Assembly: GCA_964016885.1 (NCBI GenBank)
Contig: OZ024741.1
Span: forward strand, 141,794,001 to 141,858,000
Source of the DNA: Eledone cirrhosa
Taxonomy: Eukaryota
Reading direction: 5' to 3'
Length of the DNA stretch: 64,000 nucleotides
Below are positions 1-13,665 of this stretch, one piece after another. Made by a program: the position numbers and the translations under genes. The stretch's first letter is position 1; the number at the start of each line of letters is the position of its first letter. The notes under the pieces are model-generated. The model was given only the letters and a program-made list of their open reading frames with translations, made no database searches and had not been told where the DNA came from.

Positions 1-219
1 TTCCATTTATAACCATTTTCTTTTTTGAATATAAAATTTATAATACAAAATTGAATATTTGAGCGATATAACAGGATATTATGGATCCGAATTTTCTGAG
101 AGTGGAGTCTGGTTCTTTATGTATCATTTGTACTAAGAATTGTTATTTCACAATTGATTTAAATATGTTAAAAATCAAAAACTTACGGTAGCGATTTCAT
201 GACCTATCCACCACGTGCG

Positions 220-242
220 TCTTCTTCTTCTTCTTCTTCTTC

Positions 243-303
<61 letters not shown>
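220..303. repeat. (CTT)n-(ATT)n microsatellite at the 3' end of a Dong/R4-like LINE
   Basis: Direct reading of the sequence. Confidence 0.95.
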
Positions 304-305
<2 letters not shown>

Positions 306-1723
306 TTTGAGTCTCAGTCATTGATGTTAGTTAACTGGAAATTTGTCGAAATGAATATCAAGCCACTACCTGCAGCCTCAGATATTCAGGACGTATCGGA
401 GGGTTCTTGCTGTTCCCAGCAAGCATGCCTTTTGAAGCGTTCCAAAAAGCGTGAAGGGGCCAATTTTCTTTAACCATCCCTGGAAACTTTTTGAGATAGT
501 ACCTAGTGCGCCTATGACAATCGGGACCACTTTGACTTCATGGCAGTTCCAAATCCTTTTTACCTCCCACTTTAAGTCCTGTTATCGGTTAATTTTCTCC
601 CTCTCCTTCTCTTGCACTCTCGTGTCGAATGGGCAGGCCACATCCACAATCAGGCACGATCTTTTTTCTTTGTCCACAACCACCAGGTCAGGTCTATTGT
701 GTTCCAGTTTCTTGTCCGTCTGTATCCTAAAATCCCACAGCACCTTCACCTGATTGTTTTCTATCACCGACTCTGGCTTATGCTCATACCACTTCTCAGA
801 ATGTGGTAAATTGTTTACTTTGCATAGGTGCCAGTGGATCAGTGCCCATAACATCATGTCTCCAGCCCTTATAGTGAGTCTGGGCTAGGTGTTTACACTC
901 GGATACAATGTGAGCCACAGTCTCCTCTCTCTCCACAGATCCTGCACAGTGGGCTAGCCTCCTCCTTGTAAATATGGTGTTTCAACCACTTCGTTTTGAG
1001 GGCCTGCTCTTGCGCAGCCATTAACATTCCTTCTGTAGCCTTTTTAAGGTCTCCTTTTTTCAACCAGTTCCATGTCTGTGGATCTCTGAATTCAGTTTTC
1101 TCAAAGAAGGTACTATGAAGGGATTTTTCCTGAAGGCTGCTCTTTCTCCTTGATGTTATTTCCTCCTTGGAAATCCCCTGGTCTATTGTCCTCTCCTTCA
1201 GTACAGTTCTGAGCATTGGCTCCTTACTATCAGTCACGTATTTGTGTAGGTTGTTTTTCTCCATCTGAACACAGTCCTCTATGCTGATAAGACCTCTTCC
1301 ACCTTCAGATCTCCTTAAGTAGAGTCTATCGACATCACTCCTCTTGTGGAACATGTTGTAGATAGTCAATAGCTTCCTAGTTTTCCTATCCATTTCTTTT
1401 TGTTCAGCAACATTCCATCTCAGAATTCCCGCACTGTACCTAATAATACACACAGCTCTGGATTCCGTTACTTCTGCTCAATTTACCCCTCTTCATCACA
1501 AGGACTCCACAATTACTAATACCAAATTGCATACATATATCATTGCTGAAAATACGGACAGTGTCAACAAGCACATCCAACTCCTTCTCTCTCTTCCCGA
1601 AGAGCTTAAGATCGTCCATGAAGAGGAGGTGATTGATGGTAAGCCCTCCCTTTCCCAACCCGTATCTGCTCTCACTTTTCGCAGTACACTGGTCAGGGGC
1701 ATCAGGGCAAGGACAAACAACAA
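304..1723 (-). mobile_element. 5'-truncated, frameshifted R4/Dong-clade non-LTR retrotransposon (RT C-terminus, CCHC knuckle, restriction-like endonuclease)
   Basis: ORF pieces 1440-1658 (INHLLFMDDLKLF, RT YxDD-type motif), 893-1453 (RLYLRRSEGGRGL, ATEGMLMAAQEQAL, CRICGE) and 582-857 (LWDFRIQTD...RPDLVVVDK...LIVDVACPFD, a PD-(D/E)xK RLE). Both ends abut (TAA)n on the minus strand. Confidence 0.85.
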
Positions 1724-1749
1724 ATTATTATTATTATTATTATTATTAC

Positions 1750-2649
1750 AGTTGCATTTATCTTGCTTTATGTTCATACGAGTTATCACCAAGTCACAAC
1801 CAGTGACCTCAAGAGACAACAAGGTCCGCCATGTTCAAGAAAGAACATACATACTCACACATGAATCTTTAGTGTTTAGACTTGTGATGTACTTATATTG
1901 ACAGAATCTTCCTTAGTATATGGGCAGTTCCCATTAGTACTATCTTTTGTATTTCTCCTATACGCGGGTTTCCTGGGATTTGCGGTAAGTAATCATTAGA
2001 CCCCTTAGGTATCATTCCCAGAGCGCCTACAACCACTGGTATTGTTTTAGTTCTCAATTTCCACATTTTTCCAATTTCTATCTCCAGGTCCTTATACTTG
2101 CTCAATTTTTCAAATGTTTTTATAGATACATTCTTGTCTATTGAAACGGACATATCAATTAGCAGGCATACCCTCTTTTTAAAGTCCTTCAATATTATAT
2201 CAAGTCTATTTGCATCTATTTTTCGGTCTGTTTGGATGCTAAAGTTCCACAAGATTGAGATGTGATCTTTTTCAAGTATGGAGGTGGTTGATGCTCCCAC
2301 CAATTCTTTTGATGGGGCAGGTCAAAATGCTTACACATTATCCAAAGTATGTATTGTGCAGCTCTGTCATGCCTGTTTAGGTATTCGGTTGGAGCTATAG
2401 GACTGCACATTGAAATTATATGGTCAATGGTCTCTGGTTGTTTTTTGCATACACGGCATAATGGGCTGCATCCATTTTTTATTATGTTGGCTTGGTAATT
2501 TTTTGTTGGCAGACACTGATCTTGTGCTGATATAATCAGTCCTTCAGTCTCCGATTTCAGTCCAGAGGATGCCAACCACTGATGGGTTAAAGTTTTGTCA
2601 ACATCAGGATTGTTAGCTCGTTCTGGGTATTTTCCATACAGAGGCTTTT
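1750..2649 (-). mobile_element. Second 5'-truncated R4/Dong-clade LINE (CCHC + RLE), a different family
   Basis: ORFs 2216-2575 (ETEGLIISAQDQ, CRVC...ETIDHIISMC, YLNRHD) and 1893-2303 (ILWNFSIQTD...LIDMSV...EKLSKYKDLEIE...IPVVVGALG...QKIVLMGTAHILR). The 3' end runs into (TAA)n at 1724-1749. Confidence 0.85.
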
Positions 2650-2757
2650 CTTATACTTGCTCAATTTTTCAAATGTTTTTATAGATACATTCTTGTCTAT
2701 TGGAACGGACATATCAATTAGCAGGCATACCCTCTTTTTAAAGTCCTTCTTCTTCTT

Positions 2758-2788
<31 letters not shown>

Positions 2789-2799
2789 TTATTATAGTA

Positions 2800-3050
2800 A
2801 ATTTTAGGATGATTTTGCATGTTATTGTTATCTAAGTATTCAATGTAAAGCTCTATGTAAAGCATCATTGTAATCATTATCAAAAATATTTTTATTGGCT
2901 GAAATGCGTGAAATTCGTTGTTGGAAACTATTGACAATAGCATTTTTGACATTTACATGTATTTTATCTGATGAGAGCGTACCACATATATATAATAAAA
3001 TAAATATGGTGTTATAAAGATAGTTTCCATTTATTGATATTATACTCCAG
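2800..3050 (-). mobile_element. Short Naiad-type PLE fragment with an adjoining inverted pseudo-LTR remnant
   Basis: KNAIVNSFQQRISRISANKNIFDNDYNDAL resembles NAIPKGVSNRISRLSCNESIFNPNAEYYDKAL in the Naiad ORF at 47.4-49.9 kb. 2961-3040 matches 44102-44200. Confidence 0.55.
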
Positions 3051-3121
3051 AAGAAAACTGTAGAGTGCTTCAAATCTGTTATAAATAAATTTGTTGAATA
3101 ACCAACAAATTAAATAACTCT

Positions 3122-4012
3122 TTGCTTTATAAACACACAGACACCCATAAATATCTGAATTTTAAGTCGTGCCATCCACCTCATACAAAACGTAACATCC
3201 CATACTGCCTAGCCAGAAGAATTTGTACCATTGTAGAAGATACGAATACCAGGTACAAACGCCTAACAGAACTAAGAGAATTTTTGCTCAAACAAAAATA
3301 CCCATCTCTACTTATAGAGCGGGCTATAAAAATACCTCTACTTATACAGCAGGCTATAAAAATACCTATACAACAACTTAGGACAACCCAAGGAAGAAGA
3401 AACCAAGAATTGGTCATACCATTTATAATGACACACAACCCATGTCACCAGAATATCTTCAACACTGCCAAAGCAAACCTACCGATCATTGCTCAAAGTA
3501 ATGAATTAAAAGGCTTAATCACAGATCGATCTTTGACTCTTAGTAAAAGATAGCCGAAAAATTTGAAGCAATTACTAACAAAAGCAAAGTTTGACCTTAA
3601 CAACAAAGACCAATCATTCACTGTATCTAAATGCAATGATAGTCGATGCGGCACATGTCAATCCATACACGCAGGTCAATATATGAAAACAAAAACTGGA
3701 AAAATATTCCCAAATGCAAATATGAACTGCAAAAGCAGAAATCTAATTTACTGCATTAAATGCCCGAATTGTGAAGAACTATATGTCGGTCAAACTGGAA
3801 ATGCACTATCGGAACGTGCACGGGTACACCGTCAGCAAATCAGAGACCCAAATGCCCGTCAGATACCCCTAAGTAACCATCTAGCAACATGTGGTCAGGG
3901 AATATTTATAATATTCCCATTCTACAAATTACACAGCCCAAGTGAAATCAAGAGAAAAATCAAAGAAAAGAATTTTAGTGATAAATTCAAACCCAAGCTA
4001 AATGAACAATAA
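3122..4012 (+). pseudogene. PLE RT/GIY-YIG coding remnant with one premature stop
   Basis: ORFs 3122-3553 and 3563-4012 are in the same frame, separated by a TAG at 3551-3553. Confidence 0.8.
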
Positions 4013-4204
4013 TAACGCTTAGGGGTATTACTTCTACTATGACTATGACTACGACTATGTCGACTACGACCAATAACAACAACAACAACAACAACAATAA
4101 TAATAATAATAATAAAAGTGATGTTGATGGTGATGATTACTAGAAAATGCTATTTTCATCATTTCTAAAAATAGCAAAACAATTGATGCTTTGGATATGA
4201 TTAA

Positions 4205-4345
4205 TTATTGGTCGTTAGACATGCTCAACCAGCTATGACGCTTAAACCAATCAGCATTAATAATTCAGTGAAACTACACACTGATTGGTCGAAATACAGT
4301 TTGCAAGATTTAGCATTCTGGAGCCACTTTTCACTGTATATAAGG
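4205..4345 (+). promoter_or_regulatory. Candidate pLTR Pol II promoter (three CCAAT/ATTGG boxes and TATATAA)
   Basis: attgg near 4207, ccaat near 4247, attgg near 4284 and tatataa near 4337, about 65 nt upstream of the hammerhead. Confidence 0.4.
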
Positions 4346-4406
4346 TAGAAAATTTACCCATCTCATTACAGTTGAAAATTGCAAACTTGACTGTCACCAC
4401 ATATTA

Positions 4407-4445
4407 TGAACCTGAAGATTGCGAAAGCATGAAAGTACTTGTTCA
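4407..4445 (+). ncRNA. Minimal type I hammerhead ribozyme in the PLE pseudo-LTR
   Basis: tgaac-CTGAAGA-t-tgc-gaaa-gca-t-GAAA-gtac-TT-gttca. Stem I is tgaac/gttca, stem II tgc/gca, and stem III the palindrome AGTACT. Confidence 0.75.
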
Positions 4446-4488
4446 ATTGACACTTAGAATTTAATATTCTATCATACTATTTCATTAT

Positions 4489-4874
<386 letters not shown>

Positions 4875-4948
<74 letters not shown>

Positions 4949-5095
4949 TACATACACATAAAAGCACATACACACATATAGACACATATGTACCCTTTAG
5001 AAGGATGAAAATAGAAATAACATTACGTCCTATTTACTTATCAGTTTGTATTGACTATATATATGTATGTATGTATATATATATATATATGTATG

Positions 5096-5169
<74 letters not shown>

Positions 5170-5199
5170 AATATATGTATGTATATATATACATATATA

Positions 5200-5230
<31 letters not shown>

Positions 5231-5254
5231 CTATGTATATATATATATATGTGT

Positions 5255-5346
<92 letters not shown>

Positions 5347-5355
5347 ACATATATA

Positions 5356-5404
<49 letters not shown>

Positions 5405-5475
5405 ATATATATGTATATATATATGTATATATATATGTATATATATATGTATATATATATATGTATATATATGTT
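4875..5475. repeat. (TA)n/(TATG)n microsatellite block
   Basis: Direct reading. It is the source of the spurious YI-repeat ORFs. Confidence 0.95.
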
Positions 5476-6265
5476 GGGAAACATACTCTAGAAATTAGTT
5501 ATAACTTCATATGATAGGCACCTATTTGAATCACCATTAATGTAGTTTAGGATAGTAATTTAACTAAGATAACTAGCTAGTTACCTCCCCTTACGCATTA
5601 ATTCCCCTTAGTCATTCAGACACTTCCGGAATCTGGACAGCATGATCTATTAATTAAGAACCGACTGGATACGGTTTATAACTTGATTATATGCTGAACC
5701 ATCGCGAATTATACGATAGACACGTGTTCTATATATTGCGTCTCATGGATTATGTGAGTGGTGGTGTGAGCGAAGACAGTGGTACGGCTTTGCCTACGAT
5801 ACAATAAGGTTTATAGTATGTTGAATGTTTTTGCTATTTTGGTGTTTCCCTGCATCCGAGACTGTATATCATACAGATGTATGAGAATAAATGACTTAAT
5901 AATTCAGCCCACATAATAAGATCGATTGCCTGCTTCAACTGCCTGACCCTGCAAATACCATTCTGACGCACTCTAATCATGTATAGATAAGACACGCGTG
6001 CATGCTACACGTGAGATTGTTTCATACACTGACTACTCTAAGCTTTCCTCTTGCTTTATCTTCATAGACTGCCAACGCTTCATGTTTATCTTTATTTTCA
6101 TTCTTGCTTTTATTTTTATTTTTATTTTTATCCTGTAACCTTTACATGTAAATTGCCATGCTATATCATTTGATGAATGTCACCCCACTGTTGATCAATA
6201 TGCGCATATGTTTTATGTCTCTTGGGTTGAAAAGGAGGTCAAGTATGTTATAGATCAATAAATAG

Positions 6266-6314
6266 TTGCTCTGAAGAATCCAAACCTCGGTTTGGAGGAA
6301 ACAATTGTAAGCAA
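6266..6314 (+). ncRNA. Type I hammerhead ribozyme in a solo pLTR-like segment
   Basis: ttgct-CTGAAGA-a-tccaaacc-tc-ggtttgga-g-GAAA-caattg-TA-agcaa. Stem I is 5 bp, stem II about 7-8 bp, stem III palindromic, and the cleavage triplet is GUA. Confidence 0.85.
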
Positions 6315-6351
6315 ATAAATGACTTAAACTGAACTTTGATTATTGTAATCT

Positions 6352-6612
<261 letters not shown>

Positions 6613-6728
6613 ATTAAGGATACTATTTATGGTTATGTATATACTAATACTTTTTATAGTTATATATATTTTCAACCCTTAACGGGATCTTCTGAAACTA
6701 CTTTCTTTGCTTAAACTTTAATCTGTTA

Positions 6729-6787
<59 letters not shown>

Positions 6788-6818
6788 ATACTTGGGGAGG
6801 ATCATATTGTTGTAAGAC

Positions 6819-7073
6819 TATTGCCAGAAATAATAACAGAACACACTCACTGTTTGGTTGGTTTTCGTTTCTGAATCTTTTATATCTCCATAGTTAATTC
6901 ATTTGGCCATCAATGTTTATCATTGACTGACGAACGGTCAAGAATACAGATATAAATATATATATATATAGTCTAACAAAGTTCTTTCGTTGCTCATCTG
7001 CAACATCATCAGTGGTACTATTATCATGCTTCATCCTATTGTGTCGCGTTTATGCTATTTTTATTTTATCTAT

Positions 7074-7104
<31 letters not shown>

Positions 7105-7948
7105 TCTATAGAACTGGACATGAAAGGAATTAGCCCATTATACAGGAGCAAATCATGGAATAGCTTAGATAGGACTAAACATAAGATAGGGAAACCCACC
7201 TCATGGTACGACAACCAGAGATACCAGAGCCATGTTCGTGGATGCAACCCCTGGATGGAAATAAGCTAACCAATGTAGAAAGGCCCTAAGAAAGACCCAC
7301 TTAAAGATTAAAGTGGTAGAAAAGCCAGGAACTACCATAAAATCCCATATCAGCAAAACATACCCCTTTAAGAAAACCCACTGTACTAATAAGAAATGTG
7401 TTATATGTAAAGTAAACCCTCAGATAAACTGTAAAACTAGAAATGTAGGCTATAGCATAAGGGTACCTGCAGAAACATGACAACGACATACATAGGTGAG
7501 ACAGCTCGAAGCATAGGAGAAAGAATAGACAAACACTGGGGGGAATTAAAAGGACAAAAAAACGGTTTAGTACTATACGAACACGCCAGACAACAACATG
7601 ACGGTAACATAGACAACATAGAAATTAAAATAATATCTAAACATAGAAATGACCCAACAGGTAGGCAAATTAGAGAAGCGAGCGAAATAGAGCTTAGAAA
7701 TCCAAAGCTAAACAGAAAAAAATGAATGGAATAACAACAACAACCATACCCAAATAAACAATACTGACTTAAGAGAAATATAAATAAATAAATAAATATA
7801 TACACAAGTACAATAACAACAAACACATATAAACACACACTAATAAACAAAGATAGAATACAAAAACCAAAACACATACACCCAAACGCGAACACACACG
7901 CCAAGCACTATACACACGTAAACGCATGCGCAGGGACGGAGACAAAAA

Positions 7949-7987
<39 letters not shown>

Positions 7988-8242
7988 ATAGATAAAATAA
8001 AAATGGCGTAAACACGACACAATAGAACGAAACATAATAATAGTACCACTGATGATGTTGCAGATGTGCAATGAAAGAACTTTGTTAGACTATATATGTA
8101 TATATTTATATCTGTATTTTTGACCGTTCGTCAGTCAATGATAAACATTGATGGCCAAATGAATTAACTATGGAGATATAAAAGATGCCGAAGCGAAAAC
8201 CAACCAAACAGTGAGTGTGTTCTGTTATTATTTCTGGCAATA
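6819..8242 (+). mobile_element. Truncated PLE with a GIY-YIG remnant, a 3' pLTR and an inverted 5' pLTR copy
   Basis: TYIGETARSIGERIDKH...RQIREASEI...LN (7477-7725). 6819-7103 is a diverged reverse complement of about 7946-8242, the typical inverted-pLTR layout of PLEs. Confidence 0.8.
8045..8090 (+). ncRNA. Degenerate hammerhead in the pLTR (mirror copy on the minus strand at about 6972-7016)
   Basis: acca-CTGATGA-t-gttgca-gatg-tgcaat-GAAA-gaac-TT-tgtt. The core is intact but stems I and III are eroded. Confidence 0.55.
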
Positions 8243-9977
8243 TTATATATACAATTCACCAAGTTCAGCTTTCCTTACAGTTCCTGGACATTTCTTTTTC
8301 TTTTTTATGATATGATAAAAAGACTTTCCAACTTTGACCGTCCTGTTTTGTTTTTAATCTCCGGTACTACATTATCTAATATGTCATTCCTTCTCCAAAC
8401 TGCCTGAAATCCACCCTATTTCTATGAAACAAAACTGTTTACTTTAAGGTGTTTAAATTTATCTAAAAAGCTTCCATCGTAATTTTACGTAACAAACTTT
8501 GTTAATTTATGCTTCAAAAAGCAGCTTAGTAATGAGAAAGTGAGTAAGATTACTAAATCTGTCCAAATACATGATTATTCTTTAAATTGTTTGAAAACTA
8601 TAGGCACTATCTTTCATTAAAAATATAGAAACGAAAGTGTTAAAGTGTTTACATTATATCTAAAAGCCTTCCATCATAATTTTACGTAACAATCTTACAC
8701 CACACTCCAGCTAAATAATGTAAGCGAAAATACAATATTAAAGGTCATAAGCAGTGTCTATCATGAGAAATTTGGAAAGTCTTAGAACTGTGGGTATAAT
8801 ATGCCGGTCGAACTACCATATAGTGGATCACTCGCTGGCTTGAGCATTTAGATATATGCGGTAGATTTAAGTTAATGTATTAACAGTGATAACATGTAGC
8901 GTAACCTTGTGTTTTGGGATATTTGCCGTCTACAATATGACGTCCTACTGTCGTAGTAGTCTACTTTCACTTTCGTCGGGTTATTTCTGCTGGAAATTGA
9001 TTCAATCAACTATACATAACATGTGCCTAATAAACGTAAACATTTGACATTTCCACGAAAATGGAATCCCTGCTAGAAGGCATTTCGCTTCACTTACGAC
9101 ATTAATATCTTTGGAAAATGCACAAATATCACGTTTCCGATTTTTCACATGACGTTTATTATTACCGTTGCAGCCAGTGAAACAAGAAACCAACATAAAT
9201 GGCAGCTCCCATTAATGTTAAATGAAGTGTTTATGTATGTTCAAAGGGAGTGAGTAAATGGATTACTAAATCAATATGGGACTAATGTGGGAATTAATGG
9301 ATCAATAAGGAATCTAATGGGAGAAACACTTAACAAAGTAAAATTTCGGTTTGGAATGAAATAGAATCTCGAAATATTTCTGAGTTTAGAGAAAGTGACA
9401 CTTATGGATTTAACAGTTTTGACTATTTTCCCAGCCAAATGCCAATACATGAGTGATGCTTGTATTACTGCAAAATCTTCCTCAAAGCGTAATTAGATTA
9501 TGTCAGCTCACTATATTTTAAAACAAGAACACATATTGGAAAATATTCTACCATATGATGCCATGAGTCCTTAACTCCTGATGTAGGTGTAGGGGTGTCG
9601 TCTTGACATTTTAAACTTGGCAGAACTCGTCCCCGTCCCTCTCCAGGTATAAACGCAACCGATTTCTTCACGAAAATGAGAACGGGGGAGGGGAAGATAG
9701 AGAGGTGATTGGAGGAATCTACCCCAGTTCTAGACTGGTATGTTGTTTATCAACCTCGAAAATATAACCTCGGTACTATTTAATATTAGAGAGCAGACAG
9801 CCAGAGTGAATACAGTGAAACATTCCATCCGACGTTCTAATGCCGTCGGCTTGATAATATTTAACTAAAACCTAAATTTTATTGAGATTTGGAAAATATT
9901 TAGTGAACGTTCATTGCACATTGTTTTTCGTAGCTAAATATTAATCAAATCGACTTGGATATTATTATTTAATAAAT

Positions 9978-10215
9978 ATTCAGACCAATTTTGCCTTCTG
10001 GCGGGTCATGTCAGAAGCAACCATCTCCATTTGATCCGGCTGGATCCCCAAGCGGGACCAGCAAAGCTCATGGATGGTATCTTGCTCGGGGTATGCCCCT
10101 CGGTCTTCTGCCGTCTGGTTTTGCCTGTAAAATCTGTCCAGTGATTCTTTCCTGGAACATTCTAACCTCATGTCCGTAATATCAAAGCTGTGACCTTTCA
10201 ATTGAGAAGATGTTT
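9978..10215 (-). mobile_element. RTE-clade LINE 3' fragment
   Basis: Nucleotide similarity to 12995-13210, and a translation resembling the RTE C-terminus. Confidence 0.6.
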
Positions 10216-11039
10216 AATGATTCATTTATTGTTGGCAGGAACTTATATATTCAATAATATAGATTTGCATATAACCGCTTTTCTTGAAGGTTCATTAATG
10301 CACCTTTCTGAGGTATGCGCCCTAGTTGACCTAAAGTCAGCCCCAGCCTTGGCTGATATACAGAATGGTGTATGCAAAATACTTTCTATTAATTGTGCTT
10401 TTCCTTTTAGCTACAGAAAGACAACAGAATCTTAGCATTAACTGTTAGCGGCAGGCTCCGAAAGAGATAATTTCAAGACAATTTCATGTAATTTTGAATA
10501 ATTTTCAACAAGTCTATTTAACTCCCAAAATAAAAATATGATTGTTACCAAGTGCGGCGATAGTTATGAACGTATTTCGGTGTTATTCATCAGTTGTGTA
10601 TGTATGTTTATATGATCATATGTGTATGCGTTTTTGTGTGTTCGTGTGTGTGGGGGGGGGGTCTGACGGGAAAGTTATATAAACAGTTGAAGAGCTATGT
10701 GGTTTCACGAGTACAAAATGACAAAAGTTCAACCGCCAACGCAAGTTATGCCAATATATAATGCCAAGCAACGGAGTCTCTATACAGTCGCTTGACCCGT
10801 CAGAATTATCAACTAAATAACCTTAAATTCATACCCACCTTTCTTTCTTAACTCTTTTATGACTATATGACTCAGCTCGAAAACTTTAGTTGTACCTTTC
10901 AAGTGTCAACCTTGTCGCATACTGAGAAATACGTTAAGAGTACACATGCTCGTTCATTTTATGCGCAGGTTGTTCCGTTGGATAAACAACTGGAACATTC
11001 ATAGTCGAAACCGACAAAAGTCCTTTCTACCGATTCTTT

Positions 11040-11300
11040 AGTTATTACGAAGGTCGGCTCACGATCGTGAAGTTGTGAGTTCCATTCCTGGCGACTGAAA
11101 AAAAATGAGTTGCGTCTGTAATTCTAAAAGACAGCATTCTTATACACTATGACACGCTAAATCTCCCTGAGAACTAATTTAAGTTTTCACGTGTCTGTGG
11201 AATGATCGACCACTTACACGTTAAATTTCACGAGCAGGTTGTTCCGTTGATCAAACAACAGGAACCATCGTCCTCTGTACTGACGGATGTCCAACCACCA
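11040..11300 (+). mobile_element. tRNA-derived SINE, family B. Related copies at about 10880-11020, 12160-12560, 12580-12800, 25480-25690, 30525-30730, 31960-32270, 33580-33900, 42283-42500 and 55380-55510
   Basis: Recurrent body gaatctccctgagaactacgttaag...ttcacgagcaggctgttccgttgat. A tRNA-like head is visible at 42283 (gcgcatggcttagtggttagagtg...gagctcgactcc). Confidence 0.65.
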
Positions 11301-11697
11301 ACCATCGCAATTGCTGCCTTGGTATTTCTGATAGTATTGTAGCTATTGAACTCGAAGATATGCTTTCTATAATGCCTCGTTTTCGTGATATCATTAGTTA
11401 AATTGTATCAACTTGGGAGATGAAACTGATTTCAGTCTCCTCTTCTGCTTCTTTCAGATTATTTTCTGTTATTTTAGCTTGATTTTTATTCAAGAGACAC
11501 ATTTAATTAAGTCGCTAACACTAAGATACTTGACTTCACTATTTTCTTATCTAACCATGCAATTCAATAGTCTCACAAAATCCAAAACTATAATGATTAA
11601 TGTTAGTTAGTTATTAGATTCCTTCTCGAAGCAAAGTCACCATGTCTGCCAATTTTGTTTCTCTGTGCTGAGGCAAATATATGCATATCAATTTATT

Positions 11698-11762
<65 letters not shown>

Positions 11763-12984
11763 TAAATCATTTTCTGATCTTTATAAACAAACTGTATCCT
11801 AATGACAAATGTAAAACTAAAATAAAACCATAATAAAATAAAAGAAAAACAACCAAACGAGTGTATTCGAAAGAAAATCATGATATAGTAAAGCATATGA
11901 CGACAATTTGTTGTGAATGTCTCCAACAAGCCAGTACTGTATGAGGAGATCTAAAGAACTGGATATGCTATTACTTGGATTAAAACCTCCCTATAATATC
12001 TAATACAGATCAATATTTATGAGACATATATTATATAGGCAGTGTAGTTGCTTTAATATTAACATATATTAGGCAGATTGCCTCATATAAGTATTTATTG
12101 CTATGTTAGCCTAAAACTTTACTGAATCTGTTTTTGTAATCATGTATATGTTGGAATTCTGATGTTTCCAGTGATGAGTGTTCCAGTTATTCGAACAACG
12201 GAACTACCTGCTCATGAAATTAACGTGTACGTGACTGAGCATTCCACAAACACGTGTACCCATAGCGAAGGGATATTCTGTGTGTACGTATGTGTGTGTA
12301 TATTTATATTGGACCTCCACCGTTTCCACCGACGAGTGCTCCACTTGTTCGAACAATGGAACTGACTGTTACTGAAATTAGCGAGCAGGTGGCTGAGCAT
12401 TCCATAGAGTATATTTTGTGTGACACACAAGGTTGGCTCTTTGAATTACGCGTACAACTCATGTGTCCAAGCACTGTGAAGTGGAGAAACGTGAAATATT
12501 GTCTTGCTGAAATGCAATCAAACTCATGACCTTACAATCTTGCGCCGAACAGCGTAACCTCTAAAGCCAAGGTGGAATGGACCACCGTCGGTTTCGACTA
12601 TGAGCGTTCCATGTGTTCGCCCAACGGAACAGCTTGCTCATGAAATTAACGTAGAAGCGGCTGAACATTCCCACACATCTTTAACGGAAAATTCAAGATG
12701 AGACAATGTACCACAAGACAGACCCTTTTAATTACAGGTACAACTTATTTTTAGCTGCTAACAGGACTGGTAAATCAGAAAATGAAGTGTATTGCTCAAG
12801 TCAGTGCATAGGAAGGTTAGAATGTAAGAATCATAGACTTTAAAACATTCACAGGAAATATTTCATCAATTTCAGAAAGAATAACAGCTGAAATCGAAAA
12901 GGTAAGCTAACAGTTCTTTAGTTCACTTCTTTTCTTTTCTCCGCCGAGTTATTCCTGTGAGGGTCATGAGGGTAGAATCCTTAA

Positions 12985-13665
12985 ACACTCCTTCCAACGG
13001 GTCCTGTCAGAAGCAACCGTCTCCAACTGATCCGACTGAATCTCCAAGTGAGACCAGCCAGGCTCATGGATGTTATCCAACCACCTTACTCAGGGTCTAC
13101 TCCTCGATCTTCTGTCGGTTGGTTTTGCCCGTATAATCTTTCAAGCGATTCTTTTCTGAGACATTCTAACCACATGCTCATAATATCGGAGCTGTGATCT
13201 CTCAATTCGGAGACGTAGCGGCTCTACCTGTAGTGACTCTCTGATCTCCGGGTGACGCAATCTATCGAGTAACGTTACTCCAAGAATCCTTTGGACGAAC
13301 CGCATTTCGCCCGCTTGTATTCGCGATCTTATTCTTTCGGTCATTACCTAAGATTCATGACCATAGGTAAGGGTTGACACGAATACTGATTTGAAAATAG
13401 CAAGTTTGGTTTTTAGTCTACCAGTCCCCCCCCCCCACACACACACACACCTTCTTCTAATTATCGAGTTCTGAAACTGGCGTATTAGTGTACCAGCTCC
13501 TGTCATTCTTGTACTTAATTGAGCTTCCTGCATTTCATCACTCTAGAACACGGCACCTAGATACTTGAACTTCTCCACCTGCTTCAGTGAAATCCCATTC
13601 ACATGTAGGCTTCCTCGAGAGGACGATGGTTTCAGTTTTCGCAGCACTGATTTTCATTCCAGCTA
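12985..13665 (-). mobile_element. RTE-clade LINE fragment (RT C-terminus)
   Basis: KTKLAIFKSVFVSTLTYGHES*...MTERIRSRIQAGEMRF...EIRESLQVEPLRLRIERSQLR, with QVEKFKYLG upstream. Confidence 0.8.

Noticed and set aside
10225-10320. Possible host exon (ttggcag|...ctgag|gtatgc)
   Set aside because: It has splice-like ends but no recognisable protein and no partner exons, so it cannot be supported without transcripts.
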